From contig OZ316896.1 in the NCBI GenBank assembly GCA_973895155.1, forward strand, positions 22,401,722 to 22,465,721: a stretch of 64,000 nt of DNA. The letters run 5' to 3'. The first letter of the stretch is position 1. The number at the start of each line of letters is the position of its first letter. This DNA is from Marsupella aquatica (lineage: Eukaryota > Plantae > Marchantiophyta). The notes beneath the pieces were generated by a model, which worked only from the letters and a program-made list of their open reading frames with translations, did no database searches and had not been told where the DNA came from. A program made the translations under genes and the position numbers. This document shows, piece by piece, positions 14,170 to 28,500 of this stretch.

Positions 14170-14455
14170 CCTAAATCAAATCTAACCCAGATATGCATCT
14201 GCACGGATATCCAGACTAGTTAAATCAAAACTTAACCTATATTTTGCAGGGATACTTGGGCTAGTAAATTCAAATCTTAACTCATCAAAGCAGCTGCATG
14301 AATATGAGGGCTACACTGTAGTTAAATCAAATCTCAGCAGATAGACCAAATAAAATTCTTAATCCTAGACTCAAACAGTTCGGGCTGCACTGTAGTTAAA
14401 TCAAATCTCAACACATAGACCAAATCAAATTCTTAATCCTAGGTTCAAACAGTTC
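14170..14455. repeat. Tandem repeat; two 74-bp copies (14308-14381, 14382-14455) plus degenerate TAAATCAAATCT units upstream
   Basis: GGGCT(A/G)CACTGTAGTTAAATCAAATCTCA..ATAGACCAAAT.AAATTCTTAATCCTAG..TCAAACAGTTC repeated. Confidence 0.85.
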
Positions 14456-15348
14456 TCTGTGGCACGCAAAGCAAAGGCATGCATTGCACCAAAATAACAT
14501 CTAATTAAAAGGGTTACTCACTAGTGCTTTAGGTCCTCTGTACTTGTTTGGAACTCCCTTCTTTTCGGCTCTTTGATCGTCCTTAATTCTTCCTTTGTTT
14601 TCCCTACTTATGAGCGTTCTTGTAGTTTGGACCCTGTGCCCTTCTATGGCTCTATTTGTTCTTTCACACAGTTATCTCTAATATACTAGCCCTATTACCT
14701 GTTCTTTGAACCTAAATAAATATGAAGAAAAATAATATTATATTATAACATTTAGATATTATTTCAATTAATCTTTGCCCCAATCTTGTTTTTTGGCCAT
14801 CCTCATTCTAGATTTGTTGTATATCATTTTGTTTTTTATTGAAAGTCATTATCACTTTTGTCTACATTAAGAATTATGGTCTAAAATCTTCACCCTAGAC
14901 CCTTAAGAGTAAATTTCATTCTCGTTTATATATATATACCTCTGAACAGGTATACCAGTAATAAGTTAAAACACTTTGTATCAACAGAACTGTTCAAAAT
15001 TGACCAAAATGGCTAATATGATGCGCTCTACGATTGGCCACGTCGCCAAACTAGCCCCTACCCGGGCTTTGAGGTTTAGTTGCGGATATTATGGCGCACT
15101 GCTATACTTACCGAATAGGACGACTTGTAAAGTCTCTGAACCCTTGTTCCGGGAACGCCATTCCGTTTCAACGTTGAACGGCCCGTGAGATCGTCAGCAT
15201 GTCAGACTGTCCTCATACCTGCCATTACGTCCCGTGTTCCTGGCACGCAATTGGGTGGCAAAGCTGCCCGCCCAGTGGTGTCAGACTATCTGCCATTATG
15301 TCAGCTTGTTTGTCGGCCAAGTAACTAAGTCTCCCCATGTGAGCGGGT

Positions 15349-15661
15349 GCTGCCCGTCAGCCCGTGGGCACGAGGTCGCTGCCCACAGAAAGGGGCAGAG
15401 GGTTATTTGAGCTGGGATTCGCGCAGGAAAGTAAAACACATGTAAGCGTCATGGAAGGGCTGCCCGTGGGCACGAGGTCGCTACCCACAGAGAGGGGCAG
15501 AGGATTATTCATTTATTTGAGCTGAGATGCGTGCAAGAAAAGTAAAACCCATTCAAACGTGATGCAAGGCCTGCCCGAAGAAACGGGCAGAGGATTGTTT
15601 TGAGCTGGGATTCGTCCAAGGAAAGTAAAACCCCATAAAAACGTGATGCAAGGGCTGCCCG
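15349..15661. repeat. Degenerate tandem repeat, ~3 copies of a ~90-110 bp GGGCAG-rich unit
   Basis: Recurrent CTGCCCG..GGGCAGAGG..TTTGAGCTG(G/A)GAT..AAAGTAAAAC..CGT.ATG.AAGG. Confidence 0.85.
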
Positions 15662-18600
15662 TCGTTTTTCCACCTGCTCGTAAGTATTATTTAATGCAAC
15701 AAAAGAACCGCTTTCGATGCGCGAAAAGGCCACCAATGTTTTTACTTTATGAACCCGGAGTTGTCGGCCTGGTAACTATCTCTCCTCGTGTGAGCACGCA
15801 AGGAGAAGGTGAATTAGATTAGGCGTCAGATAAATAACTAGGGAGTAGGGACGATCAAGTTTGCGCATGTGCTAAACATTATATCCCAAATTATCATGCT
15901 ATGTCGGAAATAAACAATTTAATTGAACATTATAGCGTATATTTTAAATTGCCTACAATATGGGGTTGTGAAAGGTTTTGTCCAATTGTTTTCTCTACTG
16001 GGTGGCTTGCCTTGAGTATTCTTTTTGGCACTGTAATTAGGGCACGATGACATAGGGTATCCTAATAAATACACTTAATAAACCCCGGAAGTGAAAATTT
16101 CCTTGAGTATTGCATGTTGTTCACCACTGCCCCATATCTTAAATGTTTTTTTGCTCCTTTTCATGTTCTAACACGTCAAGTTTTTGAATGGGATCTCAAT
16201 ATACACCTTTCAATTATATGAGACCATACAATGTGAAGAATTTGTATCTGACCTCCACCACCAAAAACACTCCCTTGCTGGGACCAAGATATTTACTTGA
16301 TAGATCCCAAAAATAAAAAGTGTTCCTTCAGGGGCCTCACAAGAGACCGCTCAAAGACCTTTAATCAAAGTAACCAAACCTTGTGGGGTTTGTTGGGGAG
16401 AACACTTTGCTGTGCGGATCCATCAAGTAAATTCTCTGTTGGGACTCCCTGGTCTTTTCAGCTTTGGTGGGACTCCAGATGTGCTCAGGGAGAAGCTAGA
16501 GGGAATTGAATCCTTTCTCTCCAAGTTCTAAGGTATTTCACATGTGGAATATACAGGGGACAGACCAGTTGAATGTGCTCGGGGAAAATCTTTCCCTATT
16601 GGTCTGCTTATGCTGCTTGGATTTGCCTTAACTCATTGTCCTTGTGCCCACTCAGCCTAAATTCCCTAAACTACACACAAATATAGACTACGCCTGAGGT
16701 AGTGGAATATGAATCATTGTTGTGGCTGGAGGGAGAAATGTAAATGCAAAACACCTCATTCTAGCATCTCAAAATTGAAGGACCACAGAAAGATCCCCAG
16801 CCAAAAGTGTGAGTTATGGTCTTTGGTCATTTGTAGTAGGAGAAGCTATTGTGAGTCTGCCACCCGGCTTTTGAGAAAACTTGTGTGACTGTGACCAAAG
16901 TCAAAAGCCCAGAGATGTGACCCCCTATTCTTCAGAAATATGCCGTGAAATGTGCAACCCAACCCGACCTGTTTCCGCATCCATCAAAATTGGTTCAGAA
17001 TACACAACCTGGTTACACTTTCTCTCTTCTCTCACTAGCAACAACTGGAGTCTTTTTTTCCATGGAGGCTTGTTGATTACTGTGTACTCTCTATCTTCCA
17101 ATTCAAGGACTTCTTCCTGAACTTGTGTACATGGAATAAGACCAAGCAGATTAGTCATAACTTGGTGATGAGAAACTACAAATAATAAAAAACATGTGAA
17201 TGAATGATGATTGGCTGGTTGGAGAAGTGAGGTGAATTTTACCAATTAGCCCCATGAATACCTTTGCGAATAATCATACATCAAAATGTGTTAATATATT
17301 GGATGCACTGATTTATTTAAAGAAAATGAAAATATTTATCATGGTATAGATAAATGTAGTACACAATATATGTCATATTTTGATCTGCAGTTAAGGGGGA
17401 CATTGAATTCTTATCCTAGAGGAAAACACAATCATGTTATTTTAGAATTGAAATGTGAATCTATGTTTCCCGTTAACCTAATATATTGGCTTAATTATGG
17501 TACTGATATTTTAATAAGAAAATACTCTATAAATTCTAAATGTTTAGTAATTTATGTTCCTATGTAAAATGTAGTTATAAGGAATGTTCCCTACTGCGTA
17601 TGTTGTAATTTATTTTACCAAGTGTAATCCATAATTTTTAGTCAAAATGATATAAAATACCTATATTTGTATAATTGTTTTCAAGTTGAACCAGTAATAG
17701 ATCAGACTTAGGAACGGCCATTAATATTCTCCTCACCCGTCATCGTCACAAAGTTTCTTTTTGTCATCCAAGGGCTAGATTTAGGTTTGGGATAAACTTG
17801 GGAGATTAGAAGATCATCACAGATCTGACACGTAGCTGGTCCAGTGTCGTTTACTGCTGGACCGGAATTAAACATTTTTGCATTTTGAAAATAATGCTTG
17901 TTGAAAAATTACTATTTACATCAAGCTAAGTAGAATATATTTAAATTTAAATCACATAATTATTCTCAGGTTTTTACGAGTTGAAAGAATTTGTCTGTCA
18001 TGACTAAATTTTAGTAATTATATACTTTGCTGGCAACTGGGATGGAACTACAAGACACATGTACCACACTGATATTAAAACACTATTAGCAAAATCACTC
18101 CTAGCCTTATCTACCACCCCCAACTTAGTCGCAGCAAGCGTAATTTCTAAGGACATTTTTAAGGATCATCAGTGTGGCAAAAGTATTCATGTGTGAAAGA
18201 GAAATGTTCGAAATAGTACAGTAGTTATCTCATTTTCTTCACAATTTTTTTGGTTGTCACTTATTCGAAATTTAAGGATGAAAATTAGATTTTGATTAAT
18301 GGGATCCGTGACTAGATGAAAAACAAGCTCAAGACAAAAAATACCATAACAATTTTAACACGATAACCTTTGGAGCCGTGTAGTTGATCAAATTCCCCCA
18401 CTTAAAAAATAATAACAAATAGACCGCTGCCCCTCTCTGCCCCTCTTTGCACCTATTTCTCCCTTGGGAAATGGGATCTTTCGCATCCGCTTTGCTGACG
18501 ACGACAAGGAGATGCAAAGACCGCCCCCTCCCTCATTCCACCGAATCAAATCGCGGCAGAGTATGTCAGACCTGGTTTGCCTTCACCACCCGCGGGCAGC

Positions 18601-21269
18601 AGGTCGTGCCCGACGAGGGCAGACAGTGCTACTGGACCGCCCCCACCGTCGATAGTCTCGTCCTACTTCCACCGAATCAAAACCCGAACAGCATGTCAGG
18701 TCATGTGGCTCCTCCTCTTTACTGCTGCCCGTCATAGCCGACAACGACGCCAATAAGCCCACAGTTGCAGCCCTGGTCGCTGGGAAAAAAATGATTAACG
18801 GAGCAGAACACGAGCGAAAAGCGAGTCGGATACTAATTAAGACTACGCCAAACTTCTCGCAAGTTGCTCCAATGCTCGGTCAAGTCGGGTCACGTCAGGT
18901 CACGTCAGGAAGTTAGGGCAGCCTGTTCTTTAGCGGTGGAAGGAAAACGCCAAAGTGGCGAAGATAGAATTTCTTTGAAAGATGTAGCGAATGAGGGGGC
19001 AGGGCAGATTCCTGAAAAGGAGGGGGTTATCCAGGTGAGGCTGAGTCAGAGCAAGGTAGGGGTTTCCCCGTGCGCAGGGCAGTCAACTCAGGAGCACTAG
19101 CGGTAGCCTTTTCTTTAGCGGTGGACGGACATTGCTAAAGTGGCGATTGGAGGCTCAGGCCATACTTCAGGAGTTCAGGTGGCGAATAGGGTTAATGAGC
19201 AACAAACAGGTCAGGCTGGCGACCCAAGTTAGGGGTTGGGTTGAGCTGCAGTAAAAGTCTGTGTCAAATTTGGGGGGGAAGAGTTTTAGCGGGAGTCCTT
19301 TCTTACTACCGTGGCCAGTGGTTCACATTTCACATAAGTAATAACTGGTTTGGTGACCAAACCTAAAGGGTCACAATAGGTTGAATAATAACTTTTGTAA
19401 CAATACAGTATGACAATTTGGAGTCAAATACAATTTGCTCTTATACTGTCCCCGGGTTGTTTGTGAGACCCATCATTCTAGTCAAATTCTCTTGCTTGAC
19501 AAACCCATGCAGGTTTCCCAGAGCTATATGGGGCCCTTCAGTTTAGGGCAGGGTTTTGGCTTCTTTTGTGGTGGACTTTGGCCAGGGTCCTCCTGCTTTT
19601 TGGCTCTTTGGTTGTCTCCCCTTGATTGGATAGTTCCCCTGTGGAATCTTGTCTCCCAACTGGCTCCCCTTGAATTTTTGGCACTTTGATATATATATAT
19701 AAGCATCACTTCAACTAAACTAAACTTCAGCCAGTACTTGTTAAAAATTTGACCCAAGTAACCAAATATTTGGGGGTTTCTTGCTCACCCTGAAAAAAAT
19801 TGACATGGAAGTTTGAAGAACATTCTAAGCATCCTGGTATAAACACTTACTTTTGAGAGTATTCATTTGCATTGAAAATCAAAAAGTAGAATAATATTCT
19901 GGGCTTGAGTTGTTTCCTGAATGAGAACTAATTCATGTTTTGCACACTTGGTTCACAAACCACAATGGCACTACACTGATGGTGTAGTCACATTGCCAAA
20001 CTGGCAACAAGATCTTGTAAAGCCAGAGAAGATGTCCTACAGTGGATGCAATCTCCTTTAAAATGTAGCCATTTTTTCTCAGTTTATGAGAGGAGAGTGA
20101 GTGGCCACTTCACTCATTCTGTGAGAGATACTTTCTATCATTAAACCCTTGACATATGTATGTGGGGCACCTGTATATGCAAGTGACATTAGGTGGTACC
20201 AAAGTGCCATCCCAGTTTGAGCAGGGCGAGATACATTAATTAGTTTTCATTCAGCAATAAAATTAGCAAAAATTGTAAGTCAGTGTTCAGTGTTCACGTT
20301 AGGATGCTCAAAATTTTCTTAAAACTTACATGACAGAATTATTTCTATGTTTCAAAGGTATCTTAGAATGCAAGATATATCGTACATGGATACAAGAAGA
20401 AGCGTACCATACAATGACATACGAATACGGTAGCATCAGAAGGACGTTTGCTAGAGGAACATTCCTGACTAGATTTTCGGGGGAGGTACGAAGGGGAGGG
20501 GGTAGGTGAGCTTATTATCATCTTTATTTTAGAATGTTTTTATTCCCTCTCAGCTGTGGACTTTGGCTGGACTTTGGAAGGGAAGCATGTTTTTTAAGTT
20601 ATTTTTTGGCCTTGAAGGGCGATTTTTATTGGACTTAAAACCACCCTGGGTTGATTATAGCATGTTCTGCCTTTACTGCGTGGACTCTTATAAATTTGAG
20701 CGCTGGAATAGTGGAACCTAGGAATCCTAAACCTTTCCAATCCTTTTTGTTTTTTGGAGGGGGAACAGACCTTCTCATTTTTATTTTCGTTTTGGGGAAA
20801 GGGAAGAAAAATCATGCTCTTGTTGGGAACAACCAGACCAGTTCTTGGCAAGGAAGACCCTCCTTGCTATAAAATACCCAAGGAAACAACAGGCTTGAGG
20901 ACTTAACCAAACCCACCTCCTCAGGTGGGAAGCCTGGTCTTGGGACCTTTCTCCGATTAAAAAATAACTTTCCCGCTGGTCAAGAGCTTTGGACCTTGGG
21001 AACCAAAAAATAATAACCAAAGCTGTAAGGAACACACCAAGGGCCAGTCCAATTTGAGGGTGTGAAAAGGCCATGATACCTATAGTAGAAACAAAAGGAA
21101 CCCATTACTCCCAAAGTATGACAGCAGGAGGCTGAGCTAAGGTGAAGGAAACAAAGGTTCTATCAGAAAGATGCTAGCTATAGCAATCTGAGCAGAAATT
21201 TGTTGAGAAACATCATACTGACAATTCAGATCATGCAAGAACACTCCCACTGCCAATCTACTATTTGCC

Positions 21270-21631
21270 TTGGTCGGCAGTGAATATAGCAGGACCAGTG
21301 TGCAGACCCATTTTTTGAACCCCCACCTTGCCCCAGTCTGCACACCCCAATGTCACGGACTACTCCCAAGGCTGGCAGTCCTTCGCTCCACAAGCTAGAA
21401 GGCAAAGCCTGGGACTACCTGACAACGGTCATTGGCCCTCTTGCAGTCTACTATGTGCCTAGTCCGGCAGTAAATATAGCAGGACCAGCCCGCAGACCCA
21501 TTGTTTGAACCCGCACCTTGCCCTAGTCTGTGCACCTCAATGTCACGGACTACTCCCAAGGCTGGCAGTCCTCCGCTCCACAAGCTAGAAGGCAAAGCCT
21601 GAGACTACCTAACAATAATCGTTGGCCCTCT
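21270..21631. repeat. Tandem duplication, period 190 bp
   Basis: TGTCACGGACTACTCCCAAGGCTGGCAGTCC..GCTCCACAAGCTAGAAGGCAAAGCCTG at 21351 and 21541. Confidence 0.9.
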
Positions 21632-22141
21632 CACTTTCAATCAAACATCTTTGCAGCTGCTCTGGAAAGTGCACTTGACACTTTAACTTTTCTTGTGGTT
21701 TGAACTGCGGCTGGCCATGTTTGCTGGGTGTGCAAGGCAGGGACAGGTGGGGAACCCTAAGTTCCATTCTAGAAAGTCTCGGATGTCCGAGTGCCTCATC
21801 GGATTGCTAAATCTCCCCAATAGCGAGGCTGGATATAATGTCCCGCTCCCAGAACTATTGAAAAATCTCAGCCTTGTTGTAACACACTTTGTGCTCCTTA
21901 GTTATTATTTTTCTAATGCCCCCATATCTGGAGTAGAACCTAATATCTTTCCATCGCTTCCATAACCATTGTCTAACGCTACATCACTAGTGTCAGAGTT
22001 TATGAACTAGGTTGGTAGTACGGTTTATCTTCCCATCTTTTGTATTCTGTCACTTTGTTTCTAAATGTAATTTCCAAGACAAACAAAATAGTTGTACAAG
22101 GTCAATGATAACCTCATACTCTTGTTCATTGGGGGCCATTT

Positions 22142-22501
22142 TGATAGATGATGAGACATTACTCATAAGACAACATGCACGTGTAATATCCAACGATCGA
22201 GTACACAAATAATCAACACAAAAGATACGTGGTTCACCTCACCAAAGGCTAAGTAAACAAGAGAACTTACATATTCTAGAAAGCTCTCTATGGCCATAAC
22301 AAGTTTCCACAAACTAGCCTCTCCCCATCTCTCAACTGACTCCGGAACATTGAGTCTACTTTCCACTCACTAACTAACTTCTGTTAGTGAATATCATAGT
22401 AGCACATTTAACCTTAGCCAAGCACTTGAGTATGGTTAGAATGACTATGCTCGTGACTATGGTTATATCATAACTCTAAACCTACGAGTAGCCTGACAAC
22501 A
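22142..22501 (-). mobile_element. LTR of an LTR-retrotransposon (copia-like), homologous to 57383-57710
   Basis: Reverse complement shares TTGAGAGATG.GGAGAG..TGTGGA.ACTTG.TATGGCC and GAGGTGAACCACGTATCT.TTGTG.TGA with the solo LTR at 57383; followed on the minus strand by a TGG-starting PBS-like tract; no TSD, boundaries approximate. Confidence 0.65.
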
Positions 22502-25500
22502 GGGATGCTAATAAAATTTGATCTCATTTATAGTTGATGGGCCATTTTTCTCTAATTTGTGAAGGAAGGTGGCAAGATGGCCATGTCAACTTGGGGATAT
22601 GTGGTGATTGGGGGTAGTTAGCCCCTAAGGTAAGGTGCCACAGGTGGCTGCTTTCCCAGTTAGAATTTGGTGTTTTGGGTAGCATAGTTGCAGGACAACC
22701 TGCAGTTGAAAGTAAGAGCTCGGCAGCTGAGAGGCAGCATGCAAATACCCCTGGGCAGCTAGGCTAGGGTTTGGCGAGTGAGTGGGTATGGGGCTGGGGA
22801 TTTTGGGCAAGGAGGTACTGGGGTGGCCAGGGTGAGGACTGGAGTACCAGCCAAGGACACCGGGCACGAGGGCAACTAGAAACAGGTATTGGGGATGAGA
22901 CTGGCTTTTAGCAAAGGGAGAGCTTTCTGACCAAAAAAAAACTCCTTTATATTAGTCACTGTTGTTTTTCTAGGTAAAAATTGGGTGAATTTTGTTGCAG
23001 CTGGTTTTTCTGGCTTCTTGCACTTAGGAGGGCTTTGAAGTGGGCTGAAACCATTTGGGTTCCAATGCCTTGACAATGTAAGACCCAAGTATATACTGAT
23101 TGTGTGGTGTGATGTACCTTGCTATGGTCATATGGCCTTCATCCACTCTAATGCCATATCATGTACATGACAGTTTTTTTATGTTGTCTTTACATCCACG
23201 AAGCAGCCTATAAAAATATATAGTAAACTTTTTGCATATCTCTAGAGGCATAACCTGGTTTTCACCTAAGTAGGATTTACTTAAAGAATTGGTCTTCTTC
23301 ATTCTTAATCCTCCTTGATTGGCGATGAGGAGAATAAATCAGTCCCATTGAAGAGTCACACTAAAAATCTGATGGAGTCAGTGGGAGATAAATGTGAAAG
23401 GGACAACAAGAGGTATCACTTAAGAAAAAACTGATTTTTGCAATGTTGCCCTAAAAATGTTTACAATGTTGCCCTGACCACAGTAGATGTAACCGTAGAT
23501 CTAATAACCATACTTTAGGGACAGCAGCCTCTCCTTAGGTAAGCGTCACTGCGCTCAGCCTAATCCCCTCTACTGTTGTCAGTACCACCCTGGCCGCCTG
23601 CATTGCTCCGCCCCCTACCTTGCAGGCCAAACAAATGGGGTCCGAGCTCTACCTCTCTGAGTCCTCCATGCAGCAGCAGTTGCAAACCAGGTTCTGGGTG
23701 AGTTGTGATTGAAGGGAGGATATTCCTCTCCCAGCCTCAACTGGGGTAAGGGACAGTTCTTAGGGGAGTTGGCCTTAAATTACCATTGTCTATGACAAAA
23801 CCTGGATCCACCAGGTTTCACCAGGTTTAGTACCTTTTTCCTGTGATTGTGGAGCAAAGTCTCACCCTAGAGGAGAGGAATGTTGAAAAGAGAGAATTCT
23901 TGGACACTTCTCCTTGTATAGGGCCAGTGGTGGTTTAAGGGGCGCTTTGTGGGCAAGTGCAGTAGTACGAGATGATATTCCAATAGGGGTGGGGTCGTGG
24001 CTTTTGTCAGCTCACAACGTTGAGTGTGGGATGGACAATATACGTAAATGTTGGGTGAGGGGAAGTGAAAATGATGGTTGTGACTTCAGGACTGCAAAAT
24101 TTCTAAGTTGGTACGGGTACTTTCTACTCTGGTGAAACCACCATATCAATTTTGGGGCAGAAAATAAGCTATTCAAAAACCACCTGCATGCCTCCAACAT
24201 AACAAACAGGTGCACACTTTATTTCCATTTCTACTGAGTAACATGTCTTCAGCCTTTGAGGGTTCTAGAGGAACAATGGTTTAGTCTGGGTTTCAGTCTG
24301 TCCTTCCTTCCACCCACAGGGGGGGATGGTGAGTGGCAGGGGAAAGGGCCTGTGTATCACTCATGTATACAGTTGCCCCTCCATGAGGATAGATGCAAAA
24401 GGAGCATTCATTTGTGAATTTCTACTCTGGGCCAAACAAAGGCCAATTCAAAGTCCCAGCTCTGTACTGTCGTACAATTGCCCTTGAAGTCCTTGAAAGA
24501 TTCAACAACGCTATATTGACATACAAGGATCCCTTGTTCACCTAGTTTTGCATGGACTAAATAAAATGAAAGTTTCTATAAGGAAAACTCCAAAATTGTC
24601 AATTGGACTATATAATTGGCCCTATGTTGTAACCCACTAATGAACATGCTTAGAAAGATATTTCCAACGAGCCCAACAGTAAAATTTCATTGAGGAACGG
24701 GAGACCTGCAAATATCCAAATGTCTGTCTCATTTTCTTACATTTCCCTCATTGGTGTAACCTGTACTATATGAGCAGAAAAGAGGGTTTTGCTGCAATCC
24801 ATGTTGCAAAAGTGTAAGATTCCAGCATTTAGACAAACATCAGGTTCATCAGGGATTCAATCTCCTCTTCTTCACCATAAAAGAAAAGCAGAAATAATCT
24901 CCCAAAACTTTCAGTCTGAATACTGAAATGGAGATTACTTGACGTGGACAAATTATCTGCATGAAGAAGCTGTGCAGTTGAAATGGTGAGTCATGGTGGC
25001 CGCTCACACAAGTTTAGTATTTAATTAATCATTTAATCCTCTCTCCCTGCACAAGGTAGATCATCGACCTGAACGGCTTGTTTTTGTTTTTGGAGACGAG
25101 AATCTGGTCGTCAACCTAAATCATGGAGCTGGCGAAGGGAAGGTTGGAATTGTCAACCACAATGATCACAACAGAATAAATGTCGTAGGGGAAGCGAATC
25201 AAGCCCCTGCATTGGCAAATGCCCAAGCTGGGCGTCGATAGATCTTTTGCGAGCTGACTAGGAAGGATTCCAACACATGACACTGGTGTCGCTCTTTTGT
25301 GAAACGCAACGCTGGCTGACGAAAGATTCTGAAACATGAGCTTGGTGTCTCCGTAGCTATGGTGCGACCCACATGGTGGTTGATACCGGTTTTCGACTGG
25401 CAAACGAGATAGAAAATGATGATCTGGTGCCTGCTGGAATCCATGATCGCGCATTGCAAGCTTTTCCAACCTGCTCCCCAACGAATCAACATTCTCTCTC

Positions 25501-28500
25501 CAACCTACCACTTTGCGTTCAGACAGACGTCCATTGGATCAGTTCGCATATACATTCCTTCCTTCGCTGCCATTAACAATGAATTCATGCCTCGGCATGC
25601 ACTCAAGTTCTCATTCGAAAGAGTTATCAGGACCGCCTTACACATCACCATTGTGATTATATCAATGGAGCTTTCCCATATTTAAGTGCCTTCTTGTGCA
25701 TCCAAGAGTCAGAAATATTCCTGCCCACCACTCCACTTCACTCCTCTACTTCAACTTCACTCCTCTACTTCATTCAAGTTCTTCAAAGGTAAATTGGACT
25801 ACCTCCCTTCACCTAACTCTGGTGGGTCAATTGAGGTGGGTTGATTCATCTCACCTCACTTACGAATCTATTGCACAGGATAGGAACCATAATTATGTTT
25901 TGTGCTTTCTAGCCCACATAGATTAGTCAACCTGCAACTACTGTAGTGGAAGCTAGTTTATCATATCTTCCAGGCCAGACAAGTGAGATATTCTCGACCA
26001 AAAAGCCACCTCATCTTCATGATTCCATTTAGATCCAAGGCTAGGGTAGTTTCGTGCAAAAACTTTTCTCCACTATCACACCCAGTAATGTACATTTAAG
26101 GCACTAAAAGAGGGTAACTTGTGGCCCCCCTTACAAAGAGGACTCCATGGGTATCAACTACTAAGTAAAAGATGGGGATGGTTTAGTAGGTACAATTGAT
26201 GGGCCTTGCTCTTGCCTCCCCTGCATGCACTGTATCGAGGTGGTCGAGTTTGGCCCCAGTTTTATGCAAGAAGGGTGTGTCATGTGCCCCTTGTGGGAGA
26301 TCTAGTTAACACAATGAGGATTTTGGAGCAAAATATTGCCTCATCACCATAGATGCGGATATCTCCTACTCTACATTGTCAATCATAATGTGAATCTCTT
26401 TTCTACAGATTGTAATGTAAATGGGGAGTTCAATGACCAAACACAGTTGAAACCAGGTGCCATCATTTAATCCGTGTAGGAAATAATTAAGGTTGTAATG
26501 AGATAGGAAATAAAAAAAGGTGGTTATAACACAAAATAGAAAACATCCTTTATTTCATATCTTTGATAAAGTAAAACAGACAGTTCAAAATTCAAATGTT
26601 ATTAATGTTTTCTTTATAGAATAAGTATATTAGATTAAGTCATGACTGTCGTCTTTATTTAATAAGGCTATGGATTAGGGTTTAGCGGACACGTAATTAA
26701 CCCCTACGATCTAAACCTGACTCCATAGCATATCTTGTATGACTTTGCAAATGAATGCTAAAAGTCAATTGAGAATCCCCCTGTCGGTGGATAATATGGA
26801 AATATCAGTGACACTGTTTTCCTTTCCTTTTCTTTTCCATAAACAATTATTGAAAACTCCTTTTGACCAAGTCGAGAAGAGGAAGCATTGAATTGGGGCT
26901 TTACCTGTGTTATTCGTTGATTTTTGTCCACAACGCCTCCATAGATATCCACACCTTTGGAGAAAAAAAGAGGCAAGAAGAATCTTTCCTTGATGGGGTT
27001 AGTATTCGGAATCCTTTTGCACAAATTTTCTTCCTTTGACCAAGAGAAAAAGGCCCAGCTGCCCACATTGACCAACAAATGCACTGATGAATCAGCTGCT
27101 TTAATCATAAAATTCTCATGTCCATAATTGATATCAAAAGGTTACCTTTATCTAGTCAACTAAATTCGTCGCAAAGATTACCTTCCCAAGCAAGCTATGG
27201 CTCTCTAAGCTCCCCAAGACCGTATCAATGACCTTTCATTTCTTCGTTTACTAAAAGTGGGCGGTGTATATTCGAGCCAGATTACCCGTCATTTGGACAA
27301 AAAGGAAGCCTACCGTTGTGAGTGTATGTATGGCTCTATATATATGTGATTATGCCCCTCTAGAGTACGATGCTTCACTGTATATATACTCATATTGTTC
27401 CTTTCGTTTTGTTCGTTTTTCCCTCATTCTCCATTGTCGAAGCTTGGCCTTCAAAATGGACAACTCATCATGGACATGTCTCTAAAAACTTGTGAGCTTT
27501 TTAAATGGAGGTTTTTGGTTGTATCAGTTTTCTGGATCAAATGAACTCAGCTGCCTCATCAAATTGAAAATTTTGCCTTGAGGGTCGCTCTGAGTTGGAT
27601 ATTTTCCACTTGGCGACTGTTTTCTAATTAAGTTGGCAGTGTCTGCGGAGTGGGGCGGACTAACTTGGAGGCCCAGCTAAGTACTTCAAATCATGGCAAC
27701 ATTTGACTCATATGAGTACATGATACGTGATGTGAGCGGATGAATATGTATCCCGAGAATGCACATTAAAAACCTACAGCCAGATATGTATTTTGAATAG
27801 CACTTAGTGCTTTCAACAAAATGTGTGAGGTTATCATGTCATGGAGTGACATATTACACCATATACTATGGAAGTTTGATGTGTAATTACTGTGATGCGA
27901 TGTCGCCATGGATACACACTCTTCCATTGATTGAACAAAGTTTTCCCACCATGAACCGGACAGTCATCAACCTTGACTATGGTAAAGAGAATCTCAATAG
28001 TGCTCAAATGCAGTTGGGACAACACTTATTCATTTTTCGTTGATCATTGTGGGCTGTGGGTATTCAGGAGGAGGTAGAAATTTTCCTATTAGAGCTTTTC
28101 ATTGTCTGAGTTACTTCAAGAGAACAACAGCAAGGTACTAGTGCTTCTCAGTAGAGGCTTGCCCAGTTAGAGGACATCCACCCATCATTTGCTTAGTTTG
28201 GAGTTCAATTACATTTGCCCTCTTCTTGTGTGTTTTGAATTGTCCTCTTGGGACCTCATTTGCTTTTACTCTCTTGCATTTTGGCTCAATGAATGGGCCC
28301 CCTCTTGGGAAGTGATTTAATAGGGTGCCTGTGAGAGTACGAGGCAAGCAGGCCAGCAAATGAGCTGCATTATATTAGAAACACACAAATCTCAATTCCG
28401 AAAAATCCTTGATTTCTTGTATGCGCTTCAAAGTGGAGTTCTGATAAGTGATATAATAATAACATCTCCCTGCAGCTCAACAATACCATGGTGATGAATG

